Shown here piece after piece: positions 11,120-23,468 of a stretch of 64,000 bases of DNA. Under the pieces are notes generated by a model. The model was not told the DNA's origin, did no database searches, and saw only the letters and a list, made by a program, of their open reading frames with translations. The stretch is from contig NIVC01003589.1 in assembly GCA_002269645.1 (NCBI GenBank), forward strand, positions 1-64,000, in the 5' to 3' direction. A program made the position numbers and the translations under genes. How positions within the stretch are numbered: the first letter of the stretch is position 1; every line of letters begins with the position of its first letter. The DNA is from Macrostomum lignano (Eukaryota).

Positions 11120-13615
11120 GCGTGCGTTCAAAGTGCCAATATCGCTCAGACTGAAACGAAATGCTGTCATCTATTTGAAACCACACAACTCCACTCAAAC
11201 CAACTGTTTTCGGTATGCTGTACTGGCAAGCCTTTTCCACGAAAAGGTTACTGCGAAGCCGACCAGCAAGAAAAGCTACGCTCCATGGTTGAAGACGATT
11301 CGTTTCGGCGGCGGCGGCGGCGGCCCAGCGCGTCATGCAACTCCCTCATACAGGAAATTCTGTCGTCGAAATCCGAATATTGGTCTACGAGTATTTGTCT
11401 GGGATCACGAGAGCAAGACTGCTGTTCAATATTTTTCGTTGCGTGCCACGGATTAAAAGTATTTGGCTAATTGCTTGTTCATTCCTCCGTATGTTGAGTT
11501 CAAGTCGGGACATTATATGCCAATAAAAAATCTCAAGTCGTTGTTGAGCAGCAACAATAAGCGCCGAAGATACAGCCCCGAATGTTTGGTTGGGTTCAGC
11601 CACACACTCTCTTGGAATTTTATTTTGAACCAGCACAACTACGGAGGAGGAACCTTGGACAAACCGACCACGCAATGGGCAAGTTCAGCGAGTTGTTGTC
11701 CTCGTCGTCATCCTGAAATTCGTGTGGCTCGATCTGCGTCAACAGAGCTGCTACCAAAACCTTCGGAAGCTATTCTTGAGTTCACTGCACATGAAGCTCG
11801 ACTGCCTCCGTTATACGTGGTCCATGCCGACATTGAGAGCATTCTTGCTCCACCTGAAACTCTACAGTTGGGACCGCCGCGAATAGGCGCCAGTTCAAAT
11901 ATGCGCATTCTAGACATTCATGTGCCTGTGTGCGTTGCCTACAGACTTGTGGTGTGTCCGGAGCTAAACAAATTGTCGGCCGCGCGTTTGCAGGCCAAAG
12001 TTGGCCAACAGCCATGCAAAGTCATCTACAATATGCCAGACGGGGGTCCGAATTGCATTCGCCAGTTTTTGCAAGCTCTTCGTCAACTTGCCTTTGAAAT
12101 TTGGAGTGACACTACAAATTCTGCGACGTTTACTCCTCTGCTGTGCAAGTATGCCTGCAGTAGGCAGCAGCAGCAGTCGGCGGAGCATTGTCAGCTTTGT
12201 GGTCGAGCGTTTGGAGAAGACGACCGCCAGGTTTTGGATCATTGTCATTTGACTGGTATGCCTCGAGGAATCGTTTGTGTCTCCTGCAATCGGAAACTGT
12301 CTCTCAAACGTTATCGTCTACTTGTCTACACTCACTGTCTGAGCAACTATGATGGCAAATTCTTTGTGAGAGAATTGTACGAGACATTTTCTGGAAATGA
12401 TGTGCAGCTACACGTGCTTCCAGAGACAAAAGAAAAATTCAAGACATTTTCGGTAAAGTTTAAGATACCCCTTGGTGCGGGTGCGTCTCGCCAGCAGACG
12501 CGACGCGACTTTGTATGGTTCGAGGTGTGTTTTAAAGACACTTTTGCCTATCTGTCCACCAGTCTGGCTTCGCTAGCTCAATGTCTGTCGCCCGATCAGT
12601 TGGTTCACACTCGCGAGTTACTCAAATTATATCCTCGCCTGCAGCCTGCTAAACTTCAACAGAAGGGAGTTTTTCCTTACAACTTTTTGTCTAGCGAGGA
12701 GAAACTTGATTCCGTCAGGCAACTGCCGCCAAAAGAGGCTTTTTTCGATCGGTTGAGTATGCAACACTGCTCTGATCAAGACTATGCACGAGCGCAACAG
12801 AGTTGGCTAGAATTTGAATGTACCAATCTACGCCAATACACCACGGCATACCTGCAGTTGGATGTGCTGCTTTTGTGTGACGTGTTTGAGAACTTTCGAA
12901 AGACTGCAATGCAAGAGTATGGACTCGATCCGGCCAATTTTTTAGGCTTGCCCATGTTTAGCATGGCTGCGTGCTTGCTGGGTATGGAAATGCCGATTCA
13001 TTTGTTCACGGACCCTAAAATGTATTCGGAAGTAGAAACCTCGATTCGCGGAGGATTCAGTTTTGGAACCCGACACATTACGACCGCAAACAATCGACTT
13101 GTGCAAGATCAGCGTCGCCGACTGGATCAGGAGGAGCCGCTGCTTTCGACGTTGCGTGATAATGCACCCGATGGTACCTATTTGGTTTACTTGGATGCCA
13201 ATTCGTTGTATGCTTCTTGCATGACCGAACCTATGCCGTGTAAAGATTTTCGCTGGTCGACTCGTCAAGAGATTGCTAGTATACCTTGTGACGAAACTGA
13301 TCGACTTGAGACCCTGCATGTTAAAAGTCGAATGTTGGATTGGTTGGTCGGTTTTTGCAACGATGGGCGTGGAGCCGTTTTCAATGTCGACTTTTATTAT
13401 CCTCGATTTTTGCACGACTCTACCGCTGATCTTCCACTCGCGATTGGTCATGAGATTCTGACGGAGAATCGGCTTACGCAGCAAATGAAGAACGACTGGG
13501 TTTGCTTGCAACGTCAACTAAATCCAGAGCGATATGCCAATGCTGCCTGCTACGAGGACGTGAAACCGTTCAAGAGCCCAACAAAAAAGCTTGTCGGTTC
13601 GGTGGATCACAAGCT
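10909..13615 (+). pseudogene. polB: Protein-primed family B DNA polymerase, family B element, N-terminal part
   Basis: GSNW; HADIES (ExoI); CQLC...DHCHLTG...CN insert; NYDG (ExoII); KGVFPY; DVLLLCDVFENFR; IRGG; YLDANSLYASCM. Frameshift in the (GGC)n region and TAA at 11454. Confidence 0.92.
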
Positions 13616-14428
13616 AGTAGAATGCATGAGGGGGCTTCTGCGACAAAATTTTTCACGTCCTTCATAATCCTTTTAAATCCATCCATATTATCCCCAACAG
13701 AATCAGAAAAAAGCGGGGTCGCACTTGCTCCGAAAACTTCGAACATAATCCCATTAAATCCATCCATATTATCCCCTGACAGAATCAGAGCAGGTGTCCA
13801 CTGATACCTGTTATGCTCACTGTGGACACTTGTTATGCTCACTGACACTGACATAATCCACTGACATCCACCCATAGCATCTTCGAAACAATCAGAAAAT
13901 AATCTGCATTCTTCTCCCCACATTCAATTCGCAATGCGAAGCGGCGAAACCAGATCCCTAAGACTTAAAATCCCCAAATCTAGGGTCCTTACCCTTTGAA
14001 AAAAAATAAATTTTCTCTAAAAATGTTTCCAGTTGTCTCTCCAAGTTCTTATTACAAAGCGCACGAGCCTAATTACAAGAGTAAGTACCAGTGCAAGAAG
14101 GAATGCAGTGAGTACATGAGAAAATATTGGCTCGGCGTTGATATCAATGTCCCTAATATTAATCTAGCTCTCCAAAGACACTGGTTTCTTAAATACGGAG
14201 TAACATACGTAAAAGATTACGACAGCTACTATAACTTTGCAGAAATCATTAGGCAATTGTGATTTCTTACATTCTCTCAATGATCAACGTCAATACAAAC
14301 TCTTCACCGTTGAAATCAACACCCACCCCATCTTCAGTCTCAAATTGTATCACAATCTCGTGAATCTCCTTATTACTCAATACAACTCTTTTCACCGGAT
14401 TTGGTTTCTCTACCAGCATCTGTCCTCC
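13616..14428 (+). repeat. Left TIR of the outer family A copy (2 units of a ~82-bp VNTR, small ORF, penton 3' end)
   Basis: Reverse complement of 56067-56794 apart from one VNTR unit. Confidence 0.92.
14023..14262 (+). CDS. 79-aa TIR-encoded protein, unknown function
   Basis: Intact ORF in all four complete TIR copies (14023, 22877, 38121, 56472). Confidence 0.65.
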   Translation: MFPVVSPSSYYKAHEPNYKSKYQCKKECSEYMRKYWLGVDINVPNINLALQRHWFLKYGVTYVKDYDSYYNFAEIIRQL

Positions 14429-15130
14429 AGCAACAAAGTTGGAGATGTTGTACAAAATATTAGTTCGCTTTCCCTTAAATACCCAATCAAGACTGAGATT
14501 GCTTCTGATTAGAATATTCAAACCCTTTACAATGTCTGCAATATTGGGTGCTAAGAACAAACCGCGTACACTTTCCCGGGCCATGCTAACGGCCCCCGAC
14601 GCTTGAGTGGCGGTCCGCGCCGCGGATTCTGCCTTATAAACTTTCTTCTCGAATCCTAATTCCCTATACCAAGTGTTATCTTTAAACTCAACCTCCACAT
14701 CTTTGTGAACTTGCATGACCACTCTCATTACAGTGAGATCATAGGCTAGTTTGACAGGGAACAGTTTTTTATCTGGCTTACTCGCATCAGGTGTCTCGAA
14801 ATGGCCTCTTTTAGTAAAGACGTTTTCTAGAAAGTTATTGTAGGTATCCACACTTTGCGTGCTCACATGGAATACCACAGGTTCTGCTGCTGCACCTTTC
14901 CATTTGTAATAAAACTTATTATTTGCTGCCGTCACATTGGGAACGTTTGACCAACCAGTGAAGTCGTTAAGATAGACATGGTAATTAGCACCTAGATCCA
15001 GGCGAATCGCCTGCTCTAATTTTTGAATAAATATCCCGTTTGAGTCATTAATTCGCCCGGTTATTGTAATAGGAACGCTCTCCTTGGAGTAAGAAACAAT
15101 ATTATTTAGTCTTTCAGCAATCGCTTCCAT
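14267..15130 (-). CDS. Minor capsid (penton) protein, family A
   Basis: Intact 287-aa ORF; IQFETEDGVGVDFNGEEFVLTLII ending; near-identical to 37011-37874. Confidence 0.8.
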   Translation of the reverse strand: MEAIAERLNNIVSYSKESVPITITGRINDSNGIFIQKLEQAIRLDLGANYHVYLNDFTGWSNVPNVTAANNKFYYKWKGAAAEPVVFHVSTQSVDTYNNFLENVFTKRGHFETPDASKPDKKLFPVKLAYDLTVMRVVMQVHKDVEVEFKDNTWYRELGFEKKVYKAESAARTATQASGAVSMARESVRGLFLAPNIADIVKGLNILIRSNLSLDWVFKGKRTNILYNISNFVAGGQMLVEKPNPVKRVVLSNKEIHEIVIQFETEDGVGVDFNGEEFVLTLIIERM

Positions 15131-15150
15131 TTTTCATCCACAAAAAATAT

Positions 15151-16404
15151 TTAAACTTTACTGGATGAATTGTTGATCATGTTAAGCTTCACCTTCCTCT
15201 CAAATGCATAGATAATGTAAAGGTCCACGGGTGTTGCGACAGTCCTCTCAATATTAGTCACGATATTCACAGGGCTGTTATCAGTAGGCATTTGTCTGGC
15301 AGACACATCAGCGCCAAACATCGGATATAGAGTTCCATATTGAAGAGCAGTGATAGCAATTCCATTGTTCTCTTTCACAGCCAAGTCGACCAACTCGCTG
15401 TAAAATTTGCTAATCTTGTTCTGACTGAAATCTCCATTTTGTGGCAGTGCAGGGTAAAGATTATCACTGATTTCATGCTGAATGGACCGCACGTCTCCAT
15501 GCATGTAGCGTATAATGCTATTTGGGTTTCTCATGTTAATATTAATATACCTTGGATTGCTGCATGATCCCTCTTTAATGCAGATGTTTGTTCTAGTTTC
15601 GTTTCGTTCATCTCGACACATGTAGGCCGTGTATGCAACATCAATGTCCTTCTCTATTGCCTTGAGATAATCCGCTTTTAGTGCAGTCTTTGGCTCAATG
15701 ACTTCCAAATACAGCTCGATTCCGGTTAGCTTCACCTCCATCCTTGTGTGGTCCGCCCCAGTCCACAACACTCTACTGCGATCATCTCTAGTCATCCTAA
15801 AGGTGTAGCTAAAGTTACTAGTCAGTCGATTAAATGTATTACAGAATCCACTCATGAATCTCAGTGGTACAAATACATCAACAGACCGATACAGCGGGTT
15901 CTTAGCAGCATCATCTGCACATTGCAATGCATAGTTGTATCTCTTCTTCCTATTTTTATAGCCACTGTCATTGATATCTCCTTCTTTTTCGTCTGCAATA
16001 AAACCCGCACCACTTCCCAACTGAATAAAATCAGGATTCTCGATCAAACAATGAGCGTCATAGACAATTCCAAAGTTGGCGATTCGCTCCAACTCAGTGC
16101 TCCCATTCGATACACTAAACTCCTTGAACATGTACGCCCAAAAGTTACTGATCAGAGCCACATCCGCATCATGCTTGTCAACGTTAGCACGAGCCGCATC
16201 CGCACCACCCTTTGTCTTGAATTGAAATGTCATATGGAAGCCGCTCTTAAGACTGTGGACACTAACCAAAGACGAACATCCATTGTATGTAAATGTCAGT
16301 GTTTGACCAAGACCAAGATTAGTTTCATTCTGATTTTCCTGACTGGGAACTCTTACCTGAGTCGCTTTGATTGTGCTATCATCACTCAAAATAGGTTTGT
16401 TCAT
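15151..16404 (-). CDS. Major capsid protein, family A
   Basis: Intact ~417-aa ORF; FWAYMF, VFVPL, IELYLEVIEP and LYPMFGADVS are homologous to the family C capsid; adjacent to penton. Confidence 0.8.
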   Translation of the reverse strand: MNKPILSDDSTIKATQVRVPSQENQNETNLGLGQTLTFTYNGCSSLVSVHSLKSGFHMTFQFKTKGGADAARANVDKHDADVALISNFWAYMFKEFSVSNGSTELERIANFGIVYDAHCLIENPDFIQLGSGAGFIADEKEGDINDSGYKNRKKRYNYALQCADDAAKNPLYRSVDVFVPLRFMSGFCNTFNRLTSNFSYTFRMTRDDRSRVLWTGADHTRMEVKLTGIELYLEVIEPKTALKADYLKAIEKDIDVAYTAYMCRDERNETRTNICIKEGSCSNPRYININMRNPNSIIRYMHGDVRSIQHEISDNLYPALPQNGDFSQNKISKFYSELVDLAVKENNGIAITALQYGTLYPMFGADVSARQMPTDNSPVNIVTNIERTVATPVDLYIIYAFERKVKLNMINNSSSKV

Positions 16405-16467
16405 TTTGTAGAAAACTGGTGCCAATGGGTTGTTACTTTTTTAACTAAAAATAAAATAAAATAAGAA

Positions 16468-17592
16468 ATGAAGCGGAAAAGTTCATATCATATCTCTGAA
16501 CTAGAAAAGCTGGCGCAGGCAGAGAAGCGAGTTACCGGACTAATCAACAAAGAACAACAATCTTACAATGAATTCGTCTGAGCAGCCACCAATTTCATAA
16601 AGCCGGATACACAGAAGCGAAGAAAAACATCGACACTGTGAAGGAAGCAATTGATGATATTCAAGAGAGCCACTTGCAAAACACATTGGGTAAAATCCCA
16701 TCTTCATTGGACCAACCACAGGCTTAGGAACCAGGACAACCAGAAGCACAACCGGTGCAGATGAAAGTGACGGATAAATTTTTGGCCCCGTAGTGGATGA
16801 TGGAAAATATATTTTTGGAATTAGCGCCTGGCGAAAATATATTACAGGGAACCGGCGGATTACAACATTGAAGGGACAAAAGAAAATATTTCAATCAATA
16901 AAGGCGCAAAAACTAAAAGAATCCAGTTCACTAAAACTTTACTTGATTACATGACTAAAAATCTAGAGAAAACGTCTGAAAAGCAGCTCGAAAATTACAA
17001 AGATCTTGTTACCTTTGCTCTCGATAGGGACATAGATATGCTCAAGAACAACGGTGTTTTGAAAATTTTACATGAAAACGGGATTGTCTTGAACAGGTTT
17101 AGTAAATACAAATACTTTAAACAATGTTTTGGTTTGCCGGATCAAGAAGAGGTCATGAGACAACAACCACAACCACAGCCACAACAAAAACAACCACAAC
17201 CACAGCAGCAACCACAACAACCACAGCAGCAACCACAACAACCACAGCAACAACCACAACAACCTCCGCCTCCACAGCAACAAAATACCCAGGTTGAACA
17301 AGTACTTGATCAACTTGACACTATAGACCCGATTCTTGTTTCGCAGTACAAAGATACAAATCCTGATACTTGGCGACAATTAGAGCAGCTCTCCCCAGAA
17401 CGAATGAAACGAATCAATGACAGAGTATTCACACCTAGGCTACAGCAACCCTCACCAGGAACATCCTCCTCTGACCAATCATTCGAATCACCGCCAAGCT
17501 CTTCCGAAAAAGGCATTCCTGAAGTCTACAAGCGGCTAGATGTTCTCCTAGGTGCAGCAAAGACCGGAATGAAAGATGAGAATAGAAAATAA
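16468..17592 (+). pseudogene. Conserved Polinton hypothetical protein with a Q/P-rich tract, broken by stops
   Basis: ORF 16951-17592 with (CAA/CAG/CCA)n tract at 17161-17283; C-terminal RLDVLLGAAKTG motif; upstream ATG at 16468 with stops. Confidence 0.5.
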
Positions 17593-17696
17593 TTTGTCAA
17601 CATCCTCAATAAAATGCTTGAGATAAAATATAACGATAAGAGGGCGAGAGCTTCTGCTTTCGCGGTTCAACAAAAAATAATTTATTTCAAGTAAAA

Positions 17697-18099
17697 ATGC
17701 CACCTATTTTCGAGAAAGACATTGACAAATACTATGACAAAGAGGAGCTTAATCTCATTAAACGCGGATCTGGACTTTTCCCTGCAGGCCACTATCCAAG
17801 AAAAGAACGCTCTGGCCTCTGGGAATGGCCTTGCCGATTTGATCGCTCAGGAGGCCAAGATTTTTAAGGTCATTGGAGAGAACAAAGAGAACATCAAGAA
17901 CGTTGCCGAAGCGGCAGGCAGTGTAGTCACAGGAGCCAAAAAGATAAAGGATTCTGTAACACCTAAACAAGAGATTCAGCCGCTGGCCCCGCCGGCCCCG
18001 CTGGCCCCGCTGTCCCCAAATCCAGACAGTGTGGACCCTGCAGTCTATGAGAAGATGAGAGCTAGCATTAAAAAAGGAAGTGGTTTCAAATTTGACTAA
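17697..18099 (+). pseudogene. Small virion-protein candidate with GxG motifs, frameshifted by a 7-bp duplication
   Basis: Homologous to intact 36040-36420; ctctggc duplicated near 17810. Confidence 0.65.
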
Positions 18100-18226
18100 A
18101 GGGTACTTTCCGAGGGTACAAGACATGTAAGAGTATAGGACTAGTCCCAAAATGACACATCTAAGTCCCAAAATGACACATCTTCTAAATTATTTATTAT
18201 TTAAAAAAAATTCATCATAGAAAAAA

Positions 18227-19025
18227 ATGGACTTTTCAAACGACTTCAATCCTCACTGGACGCGTAATCAGATTAAGTTTTCTCATCACAAGTCAATCCC
18301 GAGTCACTGCAGATGCATTGTCGTTGGTTCATCAGGTTCAGGTAAAACATTCAGAGTCTTTAACATGCTTCTTAGACCTGGCTTTATCGACCATGACACT
18401 CTGCACATCTACTCTCCAACACTGTATCAAGATGAGTATAAAATGCTGATTGCAGGGCTTCAAAACAAACTGAACAAAGAGGACAATATTCAATGTTTTA
18501 ATTACCAACAAAACCTTCCAAGTAACCCAGAAATTGTAGCTGCCGAATATGCAAAGCACCTCAAAGACAATGAAAAATGGCAGAACATTAAAGTCTTCAC
18601 CTATGGAGATCCACAGGCTGATCCAAAGACCAAACTTCTACCCCATCCAGATGAGCTAGAAAAGGGGAGAAAGCATTTGATCGTCTTTGATGATTGTATG
18701 ACAGGCCCACAGAAGCAGATAGAAAACTATTTTACAAGAGGACGACATAACAATTGTAATGTAATTTACATTGCACAGAATTAGTTCGAGCTCCCGAACA
18801 AAACAATTCGCAGGAACTGCAATCTGATTCTCCTGTTTCCAACCATTCCACAGGACAGGCTAAAAAGATTTTACAATAAGGTCATTGCGCCTGCCTATTT
18901 CATAAATCCAACAAAAAACTCAAGCAGAAAGATTTCACAAGAGGAATTCGTTAACCTCTGCTACGAAAAGTGGAACCAGCCTTACCAGTTTGTGATTATC
19001 AGCAAGGAAAAAAGAACTGTAATTT
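18227..19025 (+). pseudogene. Packaging ATPase, family A outer copy (TAG at 18782)
   Basis: VVGSSGSGKT, LIVFDD, FTRGRHNN; frame continues FELPNKTIRRNCN after the stop. Confidence 0.9.
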
Positions 19026-19043
19026 AAAATTTGCTATTAAACG

Positions 19044-20080
19044 ATGTCTATTAATTTTGCAGGTGAATCCATTTCTGGCAACAGCGCTCTTACATCAGCT
19101 CAAATATTCTCAGCGGAACGGCCGGAGGGAGAGAGCAAAGGCAAGGATTGGAGAGAACGAGCAAAAAATCCTACCGCCCTGTATGGGCAACTTACGAGAC
19201 ACGAGTATATTTGGAAAGCATTCGAAAAACTATTTGGAAGAGTAAAAGGTAAACGAAGCGAAAGGAAAAAAAGAAGTTGCAGGAATTGCGAGAAAGAGGG
19301 CTAAAAGCAGAAAAAAACGCATGCAAGCTGGCGAGGAGAGATAGGCTGATGCGGGCACAACGCACGGGGCTAAAAAGGCCCCACAGACACCCAGCCCCGC
19401 CCCGGGGGCAGCGCACCCACCCCCATACCAAGCACCCCCAAACACGGGCGGCGACAAGCCCCTTGGCCCCGCTAACAGCGATTGGCCAGCCAATCTACGC
19501 ATCCTTGACAGGCGATATATCAATAGCGACGAAGAGATCCCAGAGATGAAACTGAATAAAAACAGACTGAAACAATTAGAGCGCTCCATGCACCAGCTAC
19601 AGATAAACATAAAAGATCTCAGGCTTAAAGTAGCTAGCCAGAAGTTTGAAAGTGATAAGCTTTATGCGCAGTTTGCACACGCAGCTAATGAACTAAGGTC
19701 AGAAATAACTTTGGCAGTCTCGCAAATCACAAATTTAACATCGACAGTTAATATTCTGAGAAATTCTACTTCTACTGAAGAAGGAGTTTTCACAAACACA
19801 GTTAAAGTGAGGAATTTAGAAGAGTTCATGACTCAGTAAACAGCGTTGCATGACAGAATAAAAGAAAAACTTGAAGCATTAAAGAGAAACGATGTATCAC
19901 ACAGTAGCTATCTTAACGGAATTTATAGCGCTTAGGGTAAAATGCTAAAGAGGATTAATCGTCTGGAGAGAACACTCAATCTTCGTGACATTGCTATTGA
20001 TGAAGCAGAATCTACTGCTCGTCCGGTCATTTCTGCAGATATAATTATCAAAAAGAAAACAGATCTTTCAACCGGGTAGT
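19044..20080 (+). pseudogene. Fiber-like/coiled-coil protein, disrupted
   Basis: MSINFAGES start, LDRRYIN motif and coiled-coil LKQLERSMHQL; homologous to 33600-35027. Confidence 0.55.
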
Positions 20081-20112
20081 TTAGTAATTTGTAATTTTTT
20101 TCTAGGGAAAAA

Positions 20113-20838
20113 ATGGCCCAACAAAATTCTCTATACGATCAGTCTCAATACGCTGAACCTAAAATACCGACAGCACCAAATCCGCCAGCACCGAATTCGA
20201 ACACGCAAAACCTGGCACCGAATCTGAATGCACCTCAATATGAGCAACAAAAACTCTACCCCGTCATTACTTGTAACTCTCAGCAGTTTCGACTGGTGGA
20301 GATTCAAAAAATGCGTGATGATCTTGAAAAAAATATTTTCCACAACACAAAGAAAATTAAGCGCTATGACAGCCACTGTAATTTTTTCGACTACAGCAAT
20401 ATGATTCTAGGATCTGTGTCTGTTCTAACTGGGTCTGCTGCAGCTGTCTCAGTGTTGCCAGCCATCACAGTCCCAATCGCAATTCCACTTGGTTCAGTAG
20501 GTGCTGCATGTGGACTTATTTTAACAATTACTGGAGCATTAGCGCGAAACAGGCGAAAAAAACTAAAGCAGCTACAGGAGAAGCAAGTAAAAGAGAAAGG
20601 GGTGCACACTTCAATCATAGGGTACATTTCAAGGGCAATCGAGGATAAGTTCATTTCAGAGGATGAGTTCAAAACCATTCAGGATCTTTATGAACAATCA
20701 ATTCGAATGAACTTGAACATGGTCGGTACTGATGACATGAGTCAGCTGAAAAATGAACTCGAGAAAGTTTTTCAACATTATACGGAAAGAAATTCGGCAA
20801 GAAATTCGGCAAGAAGGACGGCGAGAAATGCACAATGA
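20113..20838 (+). CDS. Conserved Polinton protein with central hydrophobic segments (membrane-active candidate)
   Basis: Intact 241 aa; FRLVEIQ...hydrophobic SVLTGSAAAV..GLIL...ISEDEF; near-identical to 32917-33585. Confidence 0.65.
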   Translation: MAQQNSLYDQSQYAEPKIPTAPNPPAPNSNTQNLAPNLNAPQYEQQKLYPVITCNSQQFRLVEIQKMRDDLEKNIFHNTKKIKRYDSHCNFFDYSNMILGSVSVLTGSAAAVSVLPAITVPIAIPLGSVGAACGLILTITGALARNRRKKLKQLQEKQVKEKGVHTSIIGYISRAIEDKFISEDEFKTIQDLYEQSIRMNLNMVGTDDMSQLKNELEKVFQHYTERNSARNSARRTARNAQ

Positions 20839-20881
20839 ACCCCTATGAAACACAGCCAAGAATAATTTCCTTGTAGGTCTT

Positions 20882-21247
20882 TCATGTTTTGGTCATTGCA
20901 TACAAAACAGTCATGCACAGCTCACCGCAAATATCACTGCTAAGACCTTGGAGAATAAAGTCTGAGCGATAGATATTTTTATTCTTTATTCCCTTCATAA
21001 AACTTCTTAGCTCTTCTGGTAATGCCGTCCCATAGCTATCGAAGTATTGATAATAACACTTGTGCTTGCGATCGCGATCAATCACCCAGCAAACCCAATG
21101 AGATCCTGGCTTATCGGTGTTAAAGTCCATGATGCCGCATTCCTTTCTTTGAGGAAAATCAAGCAGAGTGTCCCTCATAAATATTCCTCTAAAGTTTGGG
21201 ATTTCCAGTTCGTTAGCCAAATCTTCAAGAAAGTTATTTGTCGTCAT
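20882..21247 (-). CDS. Adenain-like cysteine protease, family A
   Basis: GSHWVCW, YFDSYG, LQG...ICGELC. Confidence 0.88.
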   Translation of the reverse strand: MTTNNFLEDLANELEIPNFRGIFMRDTLLDFPQRKECGIMDFNTDKPGSHWVCWVIDRDRKHKCYYQYFDSYGTALPEELRSFMKGIKNKNIYRSDFILQGLSSDICGELCMTVLYAMTKT

Positions 21248-21299
21248 TTTTATGAGGTTTATTAAACTTTCTCTTAAACCTAAACCCAACCTCCACCTC

Positions 21300-22393
21300 C
21301 TAAACCCAACCTCCTAAACCTAACCTCCAATGCCCGAACGGTAGACTGTTGATATTGTCATCAAAAATGAATCTCTTGTTATCTGCACCTGACAGTCCAA
21401 TCTTCTTTTTCTGAATTGTGTAAATATTATGGTTTTTAGATTGTAGCTTTGAGAACTCATGAGATGTCTTTTTGTTGCAATTCAAGGCGTCTCTGTATTC
21501 AGCTTCATTAATTTCCTTCCTAACCACGCGTTTCGGAATTCCCTTTGATTTTTTAATTGGGTCTGACGACTCACATTTTACAAAATAGGACTTTGCTCTC
21601 AACCCAATGAATTCAGTGATTATGTCACCAGCAATCTCGTCCTTCATTTTCCCAATCACTTTCTTGTTAGTGGCGTCAAACACTTGATCGCCATTCTGTG
21701 TCCTGCAAGATTCATCATACTTAGACAAGTCAAACAACTCTTTTTGCTGCAGCATGTCCTGATAAATGTCTTCTGTTTGAATGTCCATAATAAAACTGTC
21801 TGTGTCAGTGTACAAGAGTTTCATTTTATCCTTGTACTGCTGCTTCATGCCATAGAAGAACTGGTACATCAGGCGTTTTGATTCGTCGAGAACAGTGACA
21901 CCTGTATAGATCGGCTTGCGCAGCGTCACCTTGGTTTTGTAAAATATGATCACACCTAGGTAGCTATTAAAGATGTGGAGTTCTTTGAATGTCGGCTTTG
22001 ACATATTTGCCTGAATAACAGCAGGCTCTGATGAGGTAACAAGTTTCAGGTTTGTTCTTTTCCGCTCATTCTCAAGAGTCTTGCCATAGACAGAGTTGTT
22101 GGCCAACTTAAAGAGGTTCTTGTCAAAGTCGTTGGTTGCTTTGGTCCTAAACTGGGTGTTCTTATCAATGTAGGGTTTCATCCACGCTTCCTCTGTAAAT
22201 GTGAACTTTGCCCTGTGAACTTTGGTGACCCTGCAACCAAGTGAGATAAAATACTGAAGCAGTTTGTAATGGATTTTGTAACGTGTCTTGTTGTTTAGAT
22301 TCTGTGTTAGTTTCTCTGTATGTTATTTTTCTGTTCCTGACAGGTGCCAAGTTCCATTGGGAGTTTCGATTATTTTCGGGCACTTGATGTTTT
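21300..22393 (-). pseudogene. polB: pPolB of the outer family A copy, C-terminal part
   Basis: FKLANNSVYGKT, LYTDTDS, FIGLRAKSY; sequence resumes at 38820. Confidence 0.92.
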
Positions 22394-22396
22394 GAT

Positions 22397-23115
22397 GACA
22401 AAATTTTTCACGTCCTCCATAATCCCATTAAATCCATCCATATTATCCCTGACAGAATCAGAAAAAAAGGGGGGTCGCACTCGCTCACAAAACGTCCTCC
22501 ATAATCCACCTAAATCCATCCATATTATCCCTGACAGAATCAGAAAAAAAGGGGGTCGCACTCGCTCACAAAACATCCTCCATAATCCACCTAAATCCAT
22601 CCATATTATCCCTGACAGAATCAGAAATAAAGGGGGGTCGCACTTGCTCCGAAAACTTCGAACATAATCCTATTAAATCCATCCATTATTATCCCTGACA
22701 GAATCAGAGCATAACAGGTGTTCACTGACATCCACCCATAGCATCTTCGAAACAATCAGAAAATAATCTGCATTCTTCTCCCCACATTCAATTCGCAACG
22801 CGAAATCAGATCCCTAAGACTTAAAATTATTAGCGCATGGTCCTTACCCTTTGAAAAAATTAAATTCTCAATAAAAATGTTTCCAGTTGTCTCTCCAGGT
22901 TCTTATTACAAAGCGCACGAGCCTAATTACAAGAGTAAGTACCGATGCAAACTAGAATGTAGCGAGTACATGAGAAAATATTGGCCCGGCATTGATATCA
23001 ATGTCCCTAATATTAATCTAGCTCTCCAAAGACACTGGTTTCATAAGTATGGAGTAACCTACGTAAAAGATTACGACAGCTACTATAACTTTGCAGAAAT
23101 CATTAAGCAATTGTA
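22397..23115 (+). repeat. Left TIR of the inner copy (terminal ~26 bp missing; 4 VNTR units)
   Basis: Matches the 13616 TIR from gacaaaattttt onward. Confidence 0.9.
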
Positions 23116-23116
23116 G
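22877..23116 (+). CDS. 79-aa TIR-encoded protein
   Basis: Copy of 14023-14262. Confidence 0.65.
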   Translation: MFPVVSPGSYYKAHEPNYKSKYRCKLECSEYMRKYWPGIDINVPNINLALQRHWFHKYGVTYVKDYDSYYNFAEIIKQL

Positions 23117-23468
23117 AATGTCGTTACAATACGCTTTAAGACTTTAAGACTGCATTAATAGATATTTTTACGCATGGTATTTTGCTGTGTGGCGGGTGGG
23201 TGATAGCGGAATGGGTATGGCAGCTGTTTCTTGTCATAGCGCGAGCGGTGTGTGCAGCATAGAGAAAAAAGCTTTTGCCCAGCTCAACCCTAACTAGCTC
23301 AGAAGATCCCTTGCCTAGCTTCAGAAACGCCCATTTAGTTCCTTGTTTAAACCCCCAGCCTTTTTAACCCCCAGCTCTTTCAGCAGTCTTCCTAGATCTT
23401 TCCCAGGCAACCCCAATCAACCATTAATAGAAAATACTGGCTATAAGTAGAAAATCTGCGGGTTTCCC

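Noticed and set aside
11006-11120. Intron explaining the first polB frameshift
   Set aside because: No AG acceptor at the required position.
15748-16464. 238-aa plus-strand ORF and other long antisense ORFs (e.g. 4057-4662, 12942-13517, 45707-46339, 47576-48250)
   Set aside because: Shadows of real genes on the opposite strand, with no recognisable motifs.
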